From contig CAVZZA010000001.1 of the NCBI GenBank assembly GCA_963779615.1, forward strand, positions 352,001 to 416,000: 64,000 nt of DNA, written 5' to 3'. The notes under the pieces are model-generated. The model was not told where the DNA came from, did not search any database, and was given only the letters and a program-made list of their open reading frames with translations. This DNA comes from an uncultured Nitrososphaeraceae archaeon (GTDB lineage: Archaea; Thermoproteota; Nitrososphaeria; Nitrososphaerales; Nitrososphaeraceae). Shown in pieces: positions 32,582 to 43,116 of this stretch. The translations under genes and the position numbers were made by a program. Position 1 is the first letter of the stretch, and each line of letters opens with the position of its first letter.

Positions 32582-33121
32582 TCATGTTTTTTTTGAAATG
32601 ATAAAGAAGCCATGAGAAGAAATAATTAACGCTGCCAGGGACATTTTTGTAGCAAAAACCAAATTCCACGGGGTATGAGGGTTTGGGTAAGGCATGTACA
32701 GGTCATCCAATTTTAACTCCCCTTGAATCAGATCCGCGGTAATTAATGCATTCCAAATAATAAAATTGTAGAAGAATTCATATATTGCAATTATAAGTAT
32801 AACCAGAACAACCAACTGAAGCATGGTTTTTATGCTCTTTGGGACATTTTTTACCTTATCCCCTCCAAGTTTAGTAACACAATACCAGCCCACAACAGAT
32901 GTAATCATCAGATACGTTACTAGTTTAGCAAGCCCCTTAACAGGAACTTCTGTATTGACCAAAACCTCACCAATTATTACATTCCCAGTATCCAAATACT
33001 CATTTAAACTCACGTAAATGGAATAAAATGTAATCACAGCCATTATTGTTGCGCAAATATAAAAAACAACAAGGTAAAATTGCCTAGAAAGCAGTTCATC
33101 TCTTTCGACGGTCAAAGTCAT
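32582..33121 (-). CDS. multi-pass membrane hypothetical protein
   Basis: 4 hydrophobic segments, YPNPHTPWNLVFATK; TATA-like element ~25 nt above ATG 33121. Confidence 0.75.
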   Translation of the reverse strand: MTLTVERDELLSRQFYLVVFYICATIMAVITFYSIYVSLNEYLDTGNVIIGEVLVNTEVPVKGLAKLVTYLMITSVVGWYCVTKLGGDKVKNVPKSIKTMLQLVVLVILIIAIYEFFYNFIIWNALITADLIQGELKLDDLYMPYPNPHTPWNLVFATKMSLAALIISSHGFFIISKKT

Positions 33122-33153
33122 TACATAAATCCGTTCAAAGATCACATATATAA

Positions 33154-33198
33154 TAGATCTCTTGCATAATTGACCCTAAACAAATTTATGGTCATCAT
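33154..33198 (+). mobile_element. orphan second IS left end
   Basis: second TAGATCTCTTGCATAATT 45 bp upstream of the first, with a similar following sequence. Confidence 0.7.
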
Positions 33199-34230
33199 TA
33201 GATCTCTTGCATAATTACTCGCAAACAGCTTTATGACCATTAGTTCTCCATTATCCTGTTCTCTCTTTGCTTTCATACGAGAGATTATCCAAAAAACCAT
33301 TACTTTTCAAGTCATTCACCGGTCTCACAGTAGAAGAGTTTGATAATATCTACAGCAAGATAGAAAGAAAATATGAAAATCACGAGGTACAGCGCTTATC
33401 CAAAATAAAAGGTCGAAAAAGATACATTGGTGCCGGAAGATCTTTTAAACTTTACCTAGAGAATAGGTTTCTGATGCTTTTGGTCTACTACCGTCTTTGC
33501 ATAACCCACACTTTGGCCGGCTTTCTCTTTGATCTTGATCAGAGCAACATTTGCAGAGACATTCAAAAGATTGAAAGTCGCTGGGAAGGGAGTGTGCACC
33601 AACACCTCAGAAAGATGTGCAAGGTAACAAAAAGGCTGCGTACACCCCAAGAGGCTGAAAGGCATTTCCCGGGCTTTATAGCCTTCACAGACTGCACAGA
33701 ACAGCAGATACCAAGGCCTGAAAACAGGAGGAGAAGGAAGACATACTATTCTGGCAAGAGGAAAATGCATACCGTTAAGACACAGATTATGGTCAACGAC
33801 CAGGGCATAATCATTCACAAAGCAAGCCACAAGAAAGGAAGAAGGCATGGCTATGACATTCATGAGTCACTGTAACCCCCAAACAATTTGCCAGCGTGTT
33901 TGACCTTGGACACCTTGGAGGGGGAGAGGCTTTCCAGAGCAAATATCATCCCCGCCAAACAAAAAGAAACGAAACACAGGATTGCCTCAAGAGGAAAAAG
34001 ACTACAACAAAAGCCATTCTAAAAGAAGGATAGCAATAGGGCATGCTATCTGCAAGATAAAGAATTGCAGGATTCTTGCAGACATATTTAGAAGCAGACT
34101 AATAAAATACAACAGGCATCAGACATCGTGTCAGGCCTAGTAAACTATAGAACAATGGATCATCGTATCTAGAAACCTACACTACACCACACTAGACGGA
34201 CAGTTTGTTTCTAATAATGCAATAGATCTA
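33199..34230 (+). mobile_element. decayed IS5-family insertion sequence
   Basis: 16-bp imperfect TIRs TAGATCTCTTGCATAA (33199-33214) and TAATGCAATAGATCTA (34215-34230), 14/16 match, TA ends. Confidence 0.85.
33267..34172 (+). pseudogene. IS5-family DDE transposase, frameshifted
   Basis: FKSFTGLT, LVYYR, FDLDQSNICRDI, DCTEQQIPRP, YSGKRKMHTVKTQ; downstream frames give FDLGHLG, KDYNKSHSKRRI, DIVSGLVNYR. Confidence 0.9.
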
Positions 34231-34295
34231 ATATTGTGTTTTAAAAGATTAGACATATCAATCTTGTCAAAAACAATAATGATTTCTTAAAAAAA

Positions 34296-35417
34296 TCACA
34301 AGCAAGTTCCAAATACCTTTAAAATTTTATGCAGATCGTTTTCGGTTACCAAAGGGTGAACAGGCAATGACAAAGCATGATGGCAAGCCCAGTCAGTATT
34401 TGGTAATGTGCCATCATTGGAAAAAGACTGGAGATTTTTGTAGTATGGTGTTTTATGTACAGGGGGATCATAATATACCGTAGCGCCAATCCCCTCGTTA
34501 ATAAGACGATCCTTAACGATTTCCCTCTGGTTTTCGTTATTAAAACCAACGGTAAACAAATACCAATTAAATTTTTTATCCATGGTTTCCGTTGGCAAAT
34601 TAACAACAGACTTTACTTGTTCAAGTTTTTTTAATCCATCGAACAAAACTTCTGCGTTATTTCTTCTCATCTGTAGCATTTTATCTAATTTTCCCATCTG
34701 GATTTTTCCAATACCGGCGCTCAATTCAGGCAATCTCAAATTTAGACCGAATAACGCAGTGTCATATCCGTGAACCATGCCATGATTTCGGATCATTTTT
34801 AATTTTTCTGCCAAATTATCATTATTGGTAACAATGGCCCCTCCTTCCCCTGTTGTAATCACCTTGCTTGCATAAAAACTAAAACAGCCAATGTCACCAA
34901 AGGCTCCCGTTTGTTTTTGGAAATAGGTAGATCCCAAAGACTGACAGGCATCTTCTATCACACATAAGGAATGTTCTCTCGCAACAGAATTAATTTCACT
35001 CATATTTGAAGGGTGACCATAAAGGTGAACCGGAATGATGGCTTTAGTGCGGTCATTAATCCTCTTTTCCACATCAGCAACATCAACAGTGTAATCCTGT
35101 CCATTAATATCAGCAAAAACCGGTTTGGCACCAGCAGCAATCACAGAATTTGCAGTGGCAACAAAAGTAAAAGAGGGCAGAATAACCTCGTCTCCTTGTT
35201 TTATATCAATAGACAACAAAGACGCATGCAGGGCAGAGGTTCCAGAATTAACAGCAACTACATGCCTTACATCAAGGTACGATTGCAAAACATTTTCAAA
35301 CTCCTGGACTCTTTTCCCCCCAACATTAGCAGGAGAAGTTAACGCATTTTCTGCAAGTATATCCAACACCTCTTGTTTTTCTTCATCACCTAGCCAAGGT
35401 TTGTTTATAGGGATCAT
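34296..35417 (-). CDS. DegT/DnrJ/EryC1/StrS aminotransferase
   Basis: NSGTSALH, VHLYG, IEDACQSLG, SFYASKVITTGEGG. Confidence 0.95.
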   Translation of the reverse strand: MIPINKPWLGDEEKQEVLDILAENALTSPANVGGKRVQEFENVLQSYLDVRHVVAVNSGTSALHASLLSIDIKQGDEVILPSFTFVATANSVIAAGAKPVFADINGQDYTVDVADVEKRINDRTKAIIPVHLYGHPSNMSEINSVAREHSLCVIEDACQSLGSTYFQKQTGAFGDIGCFSFYASKVITTGEGGAIVTNNDNLAEKLKMIRNHGMVHGYDTALFGLNLRLPELSAGIGKIQMGKLDKMLQMRRNNAEVLFDGLKKLEQVKSVVNLPTETMDKKFNWYLFTVGFNNENQREIVKDRLINEGIGATVYYDPPVHKTPYYKNLQSFSNDGTLPNTDWACHHALSLPVHPLVTENDLHKILKVFGTCL

Positions 35418-35901
35418 TTCTCTGATAACAAAGAAATAACAACTATAAAAATTAGTAAAATGACTATAGACTGGGCGGCGGCCCGGTTTGAGAGTAAACC
35501 TAACTTTTTACTTTATTTTCAACATGCCCTCTAAAACACAAAACATAACTATTTATGCAATACCCCCTCCCTCCCCCTTTTTAAGATATTATAAACAAAT
35601 CAGGTCGCTGTATTTGAGGCCGATATTTCGAGTTTGCAGGGTATGCTTATCTACCACATAGTTTTTCTTGGTTCTTTCATTCCCCAATCTTTAGGAACAT
35701 CCAGTTTTTGTATTTTATATTTTACCACCCACCAGCATCACCGACTTAGGCTATTTTTATGCATGGATGGAAAAATGAGTTCCATAACACACATTCAGTT
35801 AATTATTTTACATGTTTTCGCTGCAGGTCGATTACCCCCTGGAGGGCTTCCATTGAGTGAGTGTGAAAATATAATAGAGGGAAACCCCAAGTAAATTTGG
35901 T

Positions 35902-36040
35902 GCAGATGTGGCAGAGTGGTCATCCTAAGTCAAAGAACTAGGACCACAATATTGCGTCGGCCTTGAGTCAACATCAAGGTTGGTTAAAAGTAAGCCGATT
36001 CGCCGTATGGCGAGCAGGAGTTCAAATCTCCTCATCTGCG
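35902..36040 (+). tRNA. tRNA-Ser(TGA) with two introns (D-loop 35922-35949; canonical 37/38 35968-35992)
   Basis: acceptor GCAGATG/CATCTGC-G, anticodon arm TCGGC-CTTGAG^A-GCCGA, long variable arm, AGGAG-TTCAAAT-CTCCT; BHB GTGG/CCAC with TCA and AAT bulges. Confidence 0.92.
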
Positions 36041-37132
36041 CTAATATTGTTTGTCTTTAAACTTATTTTCTACATTCTTTGAATGCAACTCTGTAATCTG
36101 TCTTTCTAATTTCTCAAGAACAAATTTAAAGGCTTTTAACGGATCATAATCATCAGAATGCGCATGAATGACTTGGTCTTTTGTAATTAGCCTGGTCCTA
36201 ATTGAGCATAACGTTTTATGCTTCTCAAAATAGATTACAACAGACTGTATATTGTCCAGTTTCCCTTCTATTTTTTTAATGAATCTCCCCATTTTATGGG
36301 ATATTTCGCTACGGATATTCTCGTCATCAAAATTGGCAGTATAGACTATAGAATCGGTTTTTTTTGAAATGGATATCTCCAATATGTCTTTTGAGGTAAT
36401 GATACCCACAGGTTTATTATTGGAAACTATTATCAATTCGTCATTATTTTTAAAACTATTAAGTATATTTTTAACATCAGAGCCGGTTTCAATGGTTACG
36501 GCATCCCTTACTATATCCTTTATAAGAACAGATCCCGATTTTGGTTTCCCTTTGAATCCAGGGTTTTGTGAATCTTTTTCATTTGGAATTGACAGGATTT
36601 TCAGAATGTCAAGTAAAGAGACAACGCCAACAATACCTGAATGACTGTTATTTGCAACAGGCAACCTAGAAACATTGTTTTTTCTCATCAAATTTAGCGC
36701 ATTGTCCAAATCTGAATTCTCATCTATAACCACAGGGCTGGACATTATATCATTGACTTTTAGGTTCCCCAGATCCACGTTCAATACGAGGTCCTTATCA
36801 ATAACAAGGCCTACAAATTCTTCCTTATCCACAACAGGAAGGCCGGTTTTTCCAGTGTTGATCATGTAATTAATACAAGTTTGCAAATCATCACTGGGTT
36901 TTAAAATGTGAGCGTCATTAGATATAAAATGTTTGATTTTTGATGAAGGTTGAAAATGGGCATTAATAAAATCCTTATAGTAAATTATTCCACGGTATTT
37001 GTTATTTAAATCAACAACTGGAATTTGTTTGATGGAATGGATATACATCAAATTAATAGCCTTTGAAACAAAATCGTCTAATGAAAGAGTAGGAACTTCT
37101 TTTCGCATTAAATTCACCATACTAATCATCAT
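36041..37132 (-). CDS. 4xCBS + C-terminal HPF/RaiA-like domain protein (Hib-type hibernation factor candidate)
   Basis: QIPVVD, GLPVVD, SRLPV, PVGIITSKD; C-terminus IHAHSDDYDPLKAFKFVLEKLERQI; ORF-track 5' extension overlaps the opposite gene and was trimmed. Confidence 0.8.
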   Translation of the reverse strand: MMISMVNLMRKEVPTLSLDDFVSKAINLMYIHSIKQIPVVDLNNKYRGIIYYKDFINAHFQPSSKIKHFISNDAHILKPSDDLQTCINYMINTGKTGLPVVDKEEFVGLVIDKDLVLNVDLGNLKVNDIMSSPVVIDENSDLDNALNLMRKNNVSRLPVANNSHSGIVGVVSLLDILKILSIPNEKDSQNPGFKGKPKSGSVLIKDIVRDAVTIETGSDVKNILNSFKNNDELIIVSNNKPVGIITSKDILEISISKKTDSIVYTANFDDENIRSEISHKMGRFIKKIEGKLDNIQSVVIYFEKHKTLCSIRTRLITKDQVIHAHSDDYDPLKAFKFVLEKLERQITELHSKNVENKFKDKQY

Positions 37133-37181
37133 AAGTAGTGTTTTGTAATAACTTAAAACCCTTTTGTAACCCCTTAACATT

Positions 37182-38286
37182 ATGAAAAAATCCACCGCAG
37201 TGATAATTGGAATTTTAATAATAGCGATAAGCATAATAACAATAAAAAATTCGCCTTCAGACACCACAATACTATTGCCAACTCCACCAAATGAAAAAAA
37301 AGACTCACCAATAAAGGTGATATCAGACAGCCTTGACTTTCCCACAGGCGCAGGCATTTTGCCTGATGGTAAGTTATTGGTAACAGAACAAAAAGGAAAC
37401 ATATTGCTTCTTGACAACAATGGAACTATACTCAACAAATACAGACTAAATGACAATTATTTTAACGAGGGCGCCGGGCTGCTAGGCCTAGCTTTGCATC
37501 CCAAATTTGATGTGAACAGCTATTTTTATATTTATTATTCGTACAAAAAACGACACAAAAGTATTCAACAAAATAGTGAGACTACAGGAAAAAAACAGCA
37601 CAATAACTGAAAACAAAACAATAATGGACAAGATTCCGGCTTTTCAGCTGCACAACGGAGGAGTATTAAAGTTTGGCCCAGACGGAAAACTGTATGCATC
37701 AGTTGGAGACAACACAATACCCGAATCATCCCAGGATCTCTCAAGCCTGAGGGGAAAAATTCTTAGGATTAACGATGACGGGACAATTCCTCAGGACAAT
37801 CCCTTCAAAAACTCCACGGTTTACTCATATGGACACAGAAATGTTGTTGGCCTGGCATGGGATTTTGATAACAGGGTACTATACGCAAGTGAGGCTGGAA
37901 GGATAGGAAACGACGAGATCAACATTATCAAACCCGGGCAAAATTACGGATGGCCTATTGAAGAATGCGGGAACCTGGAAAGATCCCAATTTGTTAAACC
38001 AGAGTTTTGCTTCACCCCTTCAATCTATCCGGCAGGAATGACAATAAGCCACTCCAAAAAGCTTGGTTATGAGGGCAAACTAATAGTCGCCACGTTAAAA
38101 GGTGAGCATTTAAGGGCAATTGACCTTTATTCAAAGGATCAAGCAACAATATTAACAGGATATGGAAAGTTAAAAGATGTGATAGAGGACAAAGATGGAT
38201 CACTGTACATAACAACCGGCAACAAAGAGTTCTTTCAGGGTTCAGGATCGGACAAGATTCTTAAAATAAACAAAAATGACTACTAA
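37182..38286 (+). CDS. PQQ-dependent glucose/sorbosone dehydrogenase, split by +1 frameshift in A6 at 37545-37550
   Basis: signal peptide, LPDGKLLVTE, GLLGLALHP, HNGGVLKFGPDGKLY, YGHRN, GQNYGWP. Confidence 0.88.
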
Positions 38287-39595
38287 TCCAATAGGAAAAA
38301 AATTCAGGAACATGAACCAGAAAGAGAGACTTGAACTCATCAAAAACAAAACAAAGCTGGATGACAAGGAAATTGCATTGTTCAACAATACATCAATTTT
38401 TAACTTTGATGAGATTAACAATATGGTAGAAAATGCGATTGGGGTTTTTCAGATACCCTTAGGGATAGCAAACAATTTTGTTATTAACGGTAAGGAATAT
38501 TTAATACCAATGGCAATTGAAGAGCCCTCTGTCATAGCGGCATCAAGCAATGCCGCAAAAATAGCCAAGAATGCAGGGGGTTTTAAAGCTAATGCAGACA
38601 AATCAATAATGATAGGCCAGATCCAACTGGTTTCCTTTGACAGCAGCAACAGCAACAACAAAATAGACAAAATAATAAAAACAATCGAGGAAAACAAACC
38701 CAAATTAATAAAGCTAGCAAACACTAAAAGCAAATTTGCCAGATGCATAGACATTCAGGTGAAGCAGGTTAATGATGAAAGCATCAACAACCTTGGACCA
38801 ATGATAATAATAGAAATTTATGTAGACACAAAGGATGCAATGGGGGCAAATATTGTAAACACCATGTGTGAAGTCACTGCCCCAGAAATAGAGGCATTAA
38901 CTGGCGGTCAGGTAATATTAAAAATATTATCAAACTACTCAACAAATCGTTTGGTAAGATGTAAAGGAATTTTCCCAAAAGAATCAATTGGTGGGGACAG
39001 AGTCTTAAAAAGGATTCTGTTTTCGTATGCTTTCGCTTATTCAGACACTTACAGGGCAGTAACCCACAACAAGGGGATTATGAACGGAATTGACAGCGTA
39101 GCAATAGCTACAGGGCAAGATTTCAGGGCAATCGAGGCCGGATGTCATGCGTACGCTTGCAGGGACGGCCAATACAGATCGTTAACCAAATGGTATAAAA
39201 ACCCAAATGGGGATTTGGTGGGTGAAATAGAAATACCTCTCGCAGTAGGAATAGTTGGTGGAATTACAAATACACATCCACTAGTAAAGGCATGCATAAA
39301 AATACTTGACATTTCAAGCTCACAAGAGCTAGCAATGATAATAGCTGCGGCAGGGCTGGCACAGAATTTTTCAGCAATTAGAGCACTATCTGACGAAGGG
39401 ATTCAAAAAGGGCACATGAAACTCCACTCAAAAAACATTGTAAAAATAGCAGCAGGAGAAGGAGCATCAAATGAACAGGTAGAGGAGGTTTCCAAGCAGA
39501 TGATCAAGGAGGGAAGGATATCGGTGTCAAGGGCCAAAGAAATTATGGAGAGCATCAATAAAACAAATAAACAACACGACAAGTACCATATTTGA
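38276..39595 (+). CDS. mvaA: hydroxymethylglutaryl-CoA reductase (class II)
   Basis: ENAIG, EEPSVIAA, DAMGAN, THNKGIMNG, GIQKGHMKLH. Confidence 0.95.
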   Translation: MTTNPIGKKFRNMNQKERLELIKNKTKLDDKEIALFNNTSIFNFDEINNMVENAIGVFQIPLGIANNFVINGKEYLIPMAIEEPSVIAASSNAAKIAKNAGGFKANADKSIMIGQIQLVSFDSSNSNNKIDKIIKTIEENKPKLIKLANTKSKFARCIDIQVKQVNDESINNLGPMIIIEIYVDTKDAMGANIVNTMCEVTAPEIEALTGGQVILKILSNYSTNRLVRCKGIFPKESIGGDRVLKRILFSYAFAYSDTYRAVTHNKGIMNGIDSVAIATGQDFRAIEAGCHAYACRDGQYRSLTKWYKNPNGDLVGEIEIPLAVGIVGGITNTHPLVKACIKILDISSSQELAMIIAAAGLAQNFSAIRALSDEGIQKGHMKLHSKNIVKIAAGEGASNEQVEEVSKQMIKEGRISVSRAKEIMESINKTNKQHDKYHI

Positions 39596-39609
39596 CATAG
39601 GTAACAAAT

Positions 39610-40596
39610 ATGGGTATTGTAAAGTTTGTAGTGCCCAAAGGCAGCATAGAGGAGGCGACATTTAAAATCATAGAACAAGCTTGGCAGGGAAGTATTAGTG
39701 GAAGGGGCAGGGTATATAGAGTTAAAATATCTGACCCGGATATAGAAGTTAAAATTTTAAGGCCACAGGAAATACCCACCTATGTTCAAGAAAAGTTTTA
39801 TGATGTTGGAATAACAGGCAGGGACTGGATAAAAGAAACAGATGCCGACATCAAAATATTACTGGATTTAGAGTATGGCAAAGTCAAGCAGGTTATAGCA
39901 ATCCCAGAGTCTTTTGAATTCAACAACCTTGACGAAATGATTGCACATTTTGCAGAGAGCGGCAAGATATTGCGATTCTCAACAGAATATCTCAAGTCTG
40001 CCTCCAAATACATCAAATCAAAGCAGAGCTATAAAAAACATTATGGAGATTTGGAGCCCACAATTATTACCCCATGGTTCAGAATGGGAAACAACAAAAA
40101 TGTAGAGATATTTTTATCGTTTGGGGCTACAGAGGCCAAACCCCCAGAAGATGTAGAGGCCATATTTGACATCACAGAAACTGGTACCACACTGATTCAA
40201 AACAACTTAAAGATCATAGACCAGGTAATGGAATCTACTGCGGTGTTTATTGCAAATAAAGACTCACTAAAGGATCCCGTAAAAAGGGAGAAAATATCAG
40301 ACATGATTGTGCTATTAAGAGGGGCGGTGGAGGCAAGAAAGAAATTGCACATATTTGTAAATGTGAATAAAGAAAACCTAGATGAGCTATTAAATATCCT
40401 TCCATCTTTAAAAGGCCCGACAGTTAGCAACCTAAGCAAAGAGGGCTGGTATGGCGTTAACACAATAATAAACAAACAAGACTACATCAGACTTATCCCA
40501 AACATTAGGAAAATCGCACAGGGTTTGGTCACACTAGAACCCAGTCAAATTTTATCGTTAGACAACATCATTATGGATGACGATGATAAAGATTGA
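39610..40596 (+). CDS. hisG: ATP phosphoribosyltransferase (long form)
   Basis: PKGS, RPQEIP, GITGRD, GATEAK, TETGTTL. Confidence 0.95.
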   Translation: MGIVKFVVPKGSIEEATFKIIEQAWQGSISGRGRVYRVKISDPDIEVKILRPQEIPTYVQEKFYDVGITGRDWIKETDADIKILLDLEYGKVKQVIAIPESFEFNNLDEMIAHFAESGKILRFSTEYLKSASKYIKSKQSYKKHYGDLEPTIITPWFRMGNNKNVEIFLSFGATEAKPPEDVEAIFDITETGTTLIQNNLKIIDQVMESTAVFIANKDSLKDPVKREKISDMIVLLRGAVEARKKLHIFVNVNKENLDELLNILPSLKGPTVSNLSKEGWYGVNTIINKQDYIRLIPNIRKIAQGLVTLEPSQILSLDNIIMDDDDKD

Positions 40597-41915
40597 TTGA
40601 CATCATTGATGTTAAGGAACCAACAAACGACGCCAACAAATTAAGGGAAAGAGCATGGAACAAGGATTTAGCAAATCCTACAAAAAACGCAATATCAATT
40701 ATCGATGAGATTAAAAAAGAAGGGGATGTGGCACTATTAAGATTTATTGAAAAATTTGATAACGTAAAAATAGATTCTTTTGCAGTTACAGAAAATGAGG
40801 TAAAAGAAGCCTACCTGAGCGTGACTTCAAGCCAGATAGACACCATAAAGTTTATGAAATCAAAGCTGGAGAAAAGCGAGCAGCACATAATGAACAACCT
40901 TAAAAACATGGAAACAGATTCTGGTGGAGACCATGATGGAGACCATGATGGAGATGTAAGGATAAACAAGAAAGTAACACCAATTTCAAGGGTAGGCTGC
41001 TATATTCCCGGCGGAAAAGCCAGGTATCCAAGCACGGTTGTAATGTGCGCGATACCAGCAAAGGTGGCCGGGGTTAAACAAATAGTAGCCATATCACCAC
41101 CCATGAAAAATGGAAAGATCGATCCGTTTACCCTGGTTGCTGCAGACATATGCGGGGTTGATGAGTTTTACAAGGTTGGCGGGGCCCATGGAATTGCGGC
41201 ATTGGCATACGGTACAAAAACCATCAAGAGGGTGGATAAAATTGTAGGTCCCGGAGGAGTATATGTTTCAGTAGCTAAATCAATAGTGTCAAAAGACACA
41301 GCAATTGACATGATAGCTGGACCAACGGAACTATTGATTTATGCAAATGAAAAAACCGATCCACAAATAATTGCACTGGATTTGATCTCCCAAGCAGAGC
41401 ACAGCGAGGATACCATATGCGGTGTGGTAACAAATTCAAATGCAATTGCAAAAAGAATAATTGAAGAAGTAGACAAAACCATCAGTTTTGGAAACATCTG
41501 CAGAAAAGAAATAGTAGAAAAGAGTTTAAACCAAAACGGCTTTATCGCCATATGCGACAACAATAAAAAGATAGTAGAGTTCATCAATGAATTTGCCCCC
41601 GAACACCTTGAAATACTAGCAAATAATGAAAGCGAAATTGTAAAAGAAATAAGCAATGCAGGTTTAATACTAATGGGGAATTACACCCCCTCATCTGTCA
41701 GCGATTATTGCCTGGGCTCAAACCACGTGCTGCCAACATACAAGTTTGCAAAGTCCCGATCATCTTTGTCTGTTTTGGACTTTGTCAAAATAGTTAACTT
41801 TGTGGAGATAGGCAATAGGCTAACGCTTGAAAAAATTACCCCAATGCTAAGAGAAATAACATTGATGGAAGGGCTATCCAACCACTATGAGGCGGCTATT
41901 GGAAGGATAAAATAA
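40593..41915 (+). CDS. hisD: histidinol dehydrogenase
   Basis: YIPGGKARYPST, DMIAGPTE, SQAEH, APEHLE, GSNHVLPT. Confidence 0.97.
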   Translation: MIDIIDVKEPTNDANKLRERAWNKDLANPTKNAISIIDEIKKEGDVALLRFIEKFDNVKIDSFAVTENEVKEAYLSVTSSQIDTIKFMKSKLEKSEQHIMNNLKNMETDSGGDHDGDHDGDVRINKKVTPISRVGCYIPGGKARYPSTVVMCAIPAKVAGVKQIVAISPPMKNGKIDPFTLVAADICGVDEFYKVGGAHGIAALAYGTKTIKRVDKIVGPGGVYVSVAKSIVSKDTAIDMIAGPTELLIYANEKTDPQIIALDLISQAEHSEDTICGVVTNSNAIAKRIIEEVDKTISFGNICRKEIVEKSLNQNGFIAICDNNKKIVEFINEFAPEHLEILANNESEIVKEISNAGLILMGNYTPSSVSDYCLGSNHVLPTYKFAKSRSSLSVLDFVKIVNFVEIGNRLTLEKITPMLREITLMEGLSNHYEAAIGRIK

Positions 41916-42991
41916 TGGACTGGTTAAGTAAAGAGTTATTGCGCATTAAGGATTACAGCCCTTATAAAAGACCCGGAAGCCTACAGGATTACCACAAGCT
42001 AGACTCCAATGAAAACACCGTATTAGAAAAAAAATTCATCAGAGCGATAGCATTAAAATCACTTTCTGACAATGACCTTAGGGAATACCCACTAAAGCAT
42101 TTTGATTTGTTATTTGGCAAAATAGCAAAATACGCCAATACAGATACAAAAAATGTAGGGATAGGAAGTGGTTCAGATCAGATAATGGATCTGTTGTTGT
42201 CGACCATTTGTAAAGAGAAAAGCGCGATTACAATCAACCCTACTTTTTCCTATTTCATAGACAGGTGCAATATGCACAAAATACCCATCAAACTAATCAA
42301 CCTGTCACCCTCAAACAACTCTTTGGATTTTGATTTATTTATCAGTGAATCCAAAGACAGGGACATAATATACATAGCATCCCCAAATAACCCCACAGGC
42401 AACCAGTTTAAAATTGAGGATATAATCAATTTGATCGAAGTTTCAAAATACAAGCTGATAATCATAGATGAAGCATATGTGGAATTTGCAGGCTATTCTT
42501 TATCAAATCTTGTAAACAGATATAACAACCTGATTGTAATGAGAACCTTTTCAAAAGCATTTGGTTTAGCTGGCGCAAGAATTGGCTATATTTTAGCTGC
42601 TGAAGAGATTATAAATATTTTTAACCAATTCATACAGCTGCCATATCCATTAAGCAGTTTCTCCATGCAATTAGCAATAGAGGCGCTAGAAAATATCGCG
42701 ATAATCAAAAGGAGCATAGAAGTCATAAAGCAAGAGAGATGCAGGATGTATGATAGGCTAAACCAAATAAAAGAGATTGCAACATACAGTCCTGACGCCA
42801 ACTTCTTTTTCCTTCAAACATTCAATCACCTTGATAAAATAAAGGACCTATTGACTCATGAAAGGATACTAATCAAGTATTTTGGAAACATAGGAAATTA
42901 CAAAGGAGCATTACGAGCAACAATCGGGACCAGAGAGATAAATGACAAACTAGTATCGGCATTTGAAAACCTGAAAGAAAGGCAACAATAA
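41915..42991 (+). CDS. hisC: histidinol-phosphate aminotransferase
   Basis: LDSNEN, SPNNPTG, DEAYVEF, RTFSKAFGLAGARIG. Confidence 0.95.
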   Translation: MDWLSKELLRIKDYSPYKRPGSLQDYHKLDSNENTVLEKKFIRAIALKSLSDNDLREYPLKHFDLLFGKIAKYANTDTKNVGIGSGSDQIMDLLLSTICKEKSAITINPTFSYFIDRCNMHKIPIKLINLSPSNNSLDFDLFISESKDRDIIYIASPNNPTGNQFKIEDIINLIEVSKYKLIIIDEAYVEFAGYSLSNLVNRYNNLIVMRTFSKAFGLAGARIGYILAAEEIINIFNQFIQLPYPLSSFSMQLAIEALENIAIIKRSIEVIKQERCRMYDRLNQIKEIATYSPDANFFFLQTFNHLDKIKDLLTHERILIKYFGNIGNYKGALRATIGTREINDKLVSAFENLKERQQ

Positions 42992-43116
42992 CTTTGCCTG
43001 CAAAAACGGACAAAAATTCGATTTTTACTCAAATATTTAACCACCGCTGCAACCACTACTACCTCCACAATACCAATATCCCTCTACCACTTTTGAATGA
43101 CATCAAAAACAAGACT

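Noticed and set aside
35460-35900. ORF 35634-35894 and GC hairpin CTGGGC-GGCG-GCCCGG at 35471
   Set aside because: No protein motif and no recognisable ncRNA fold; single short hairpin only.
37133-37456. N-terminal 108 aa of ORF 36041-37456
   Set aside because: Antisense overlap with the PQQ dehydrogenase gene; a TATA-like element lies just above ATG 37132.
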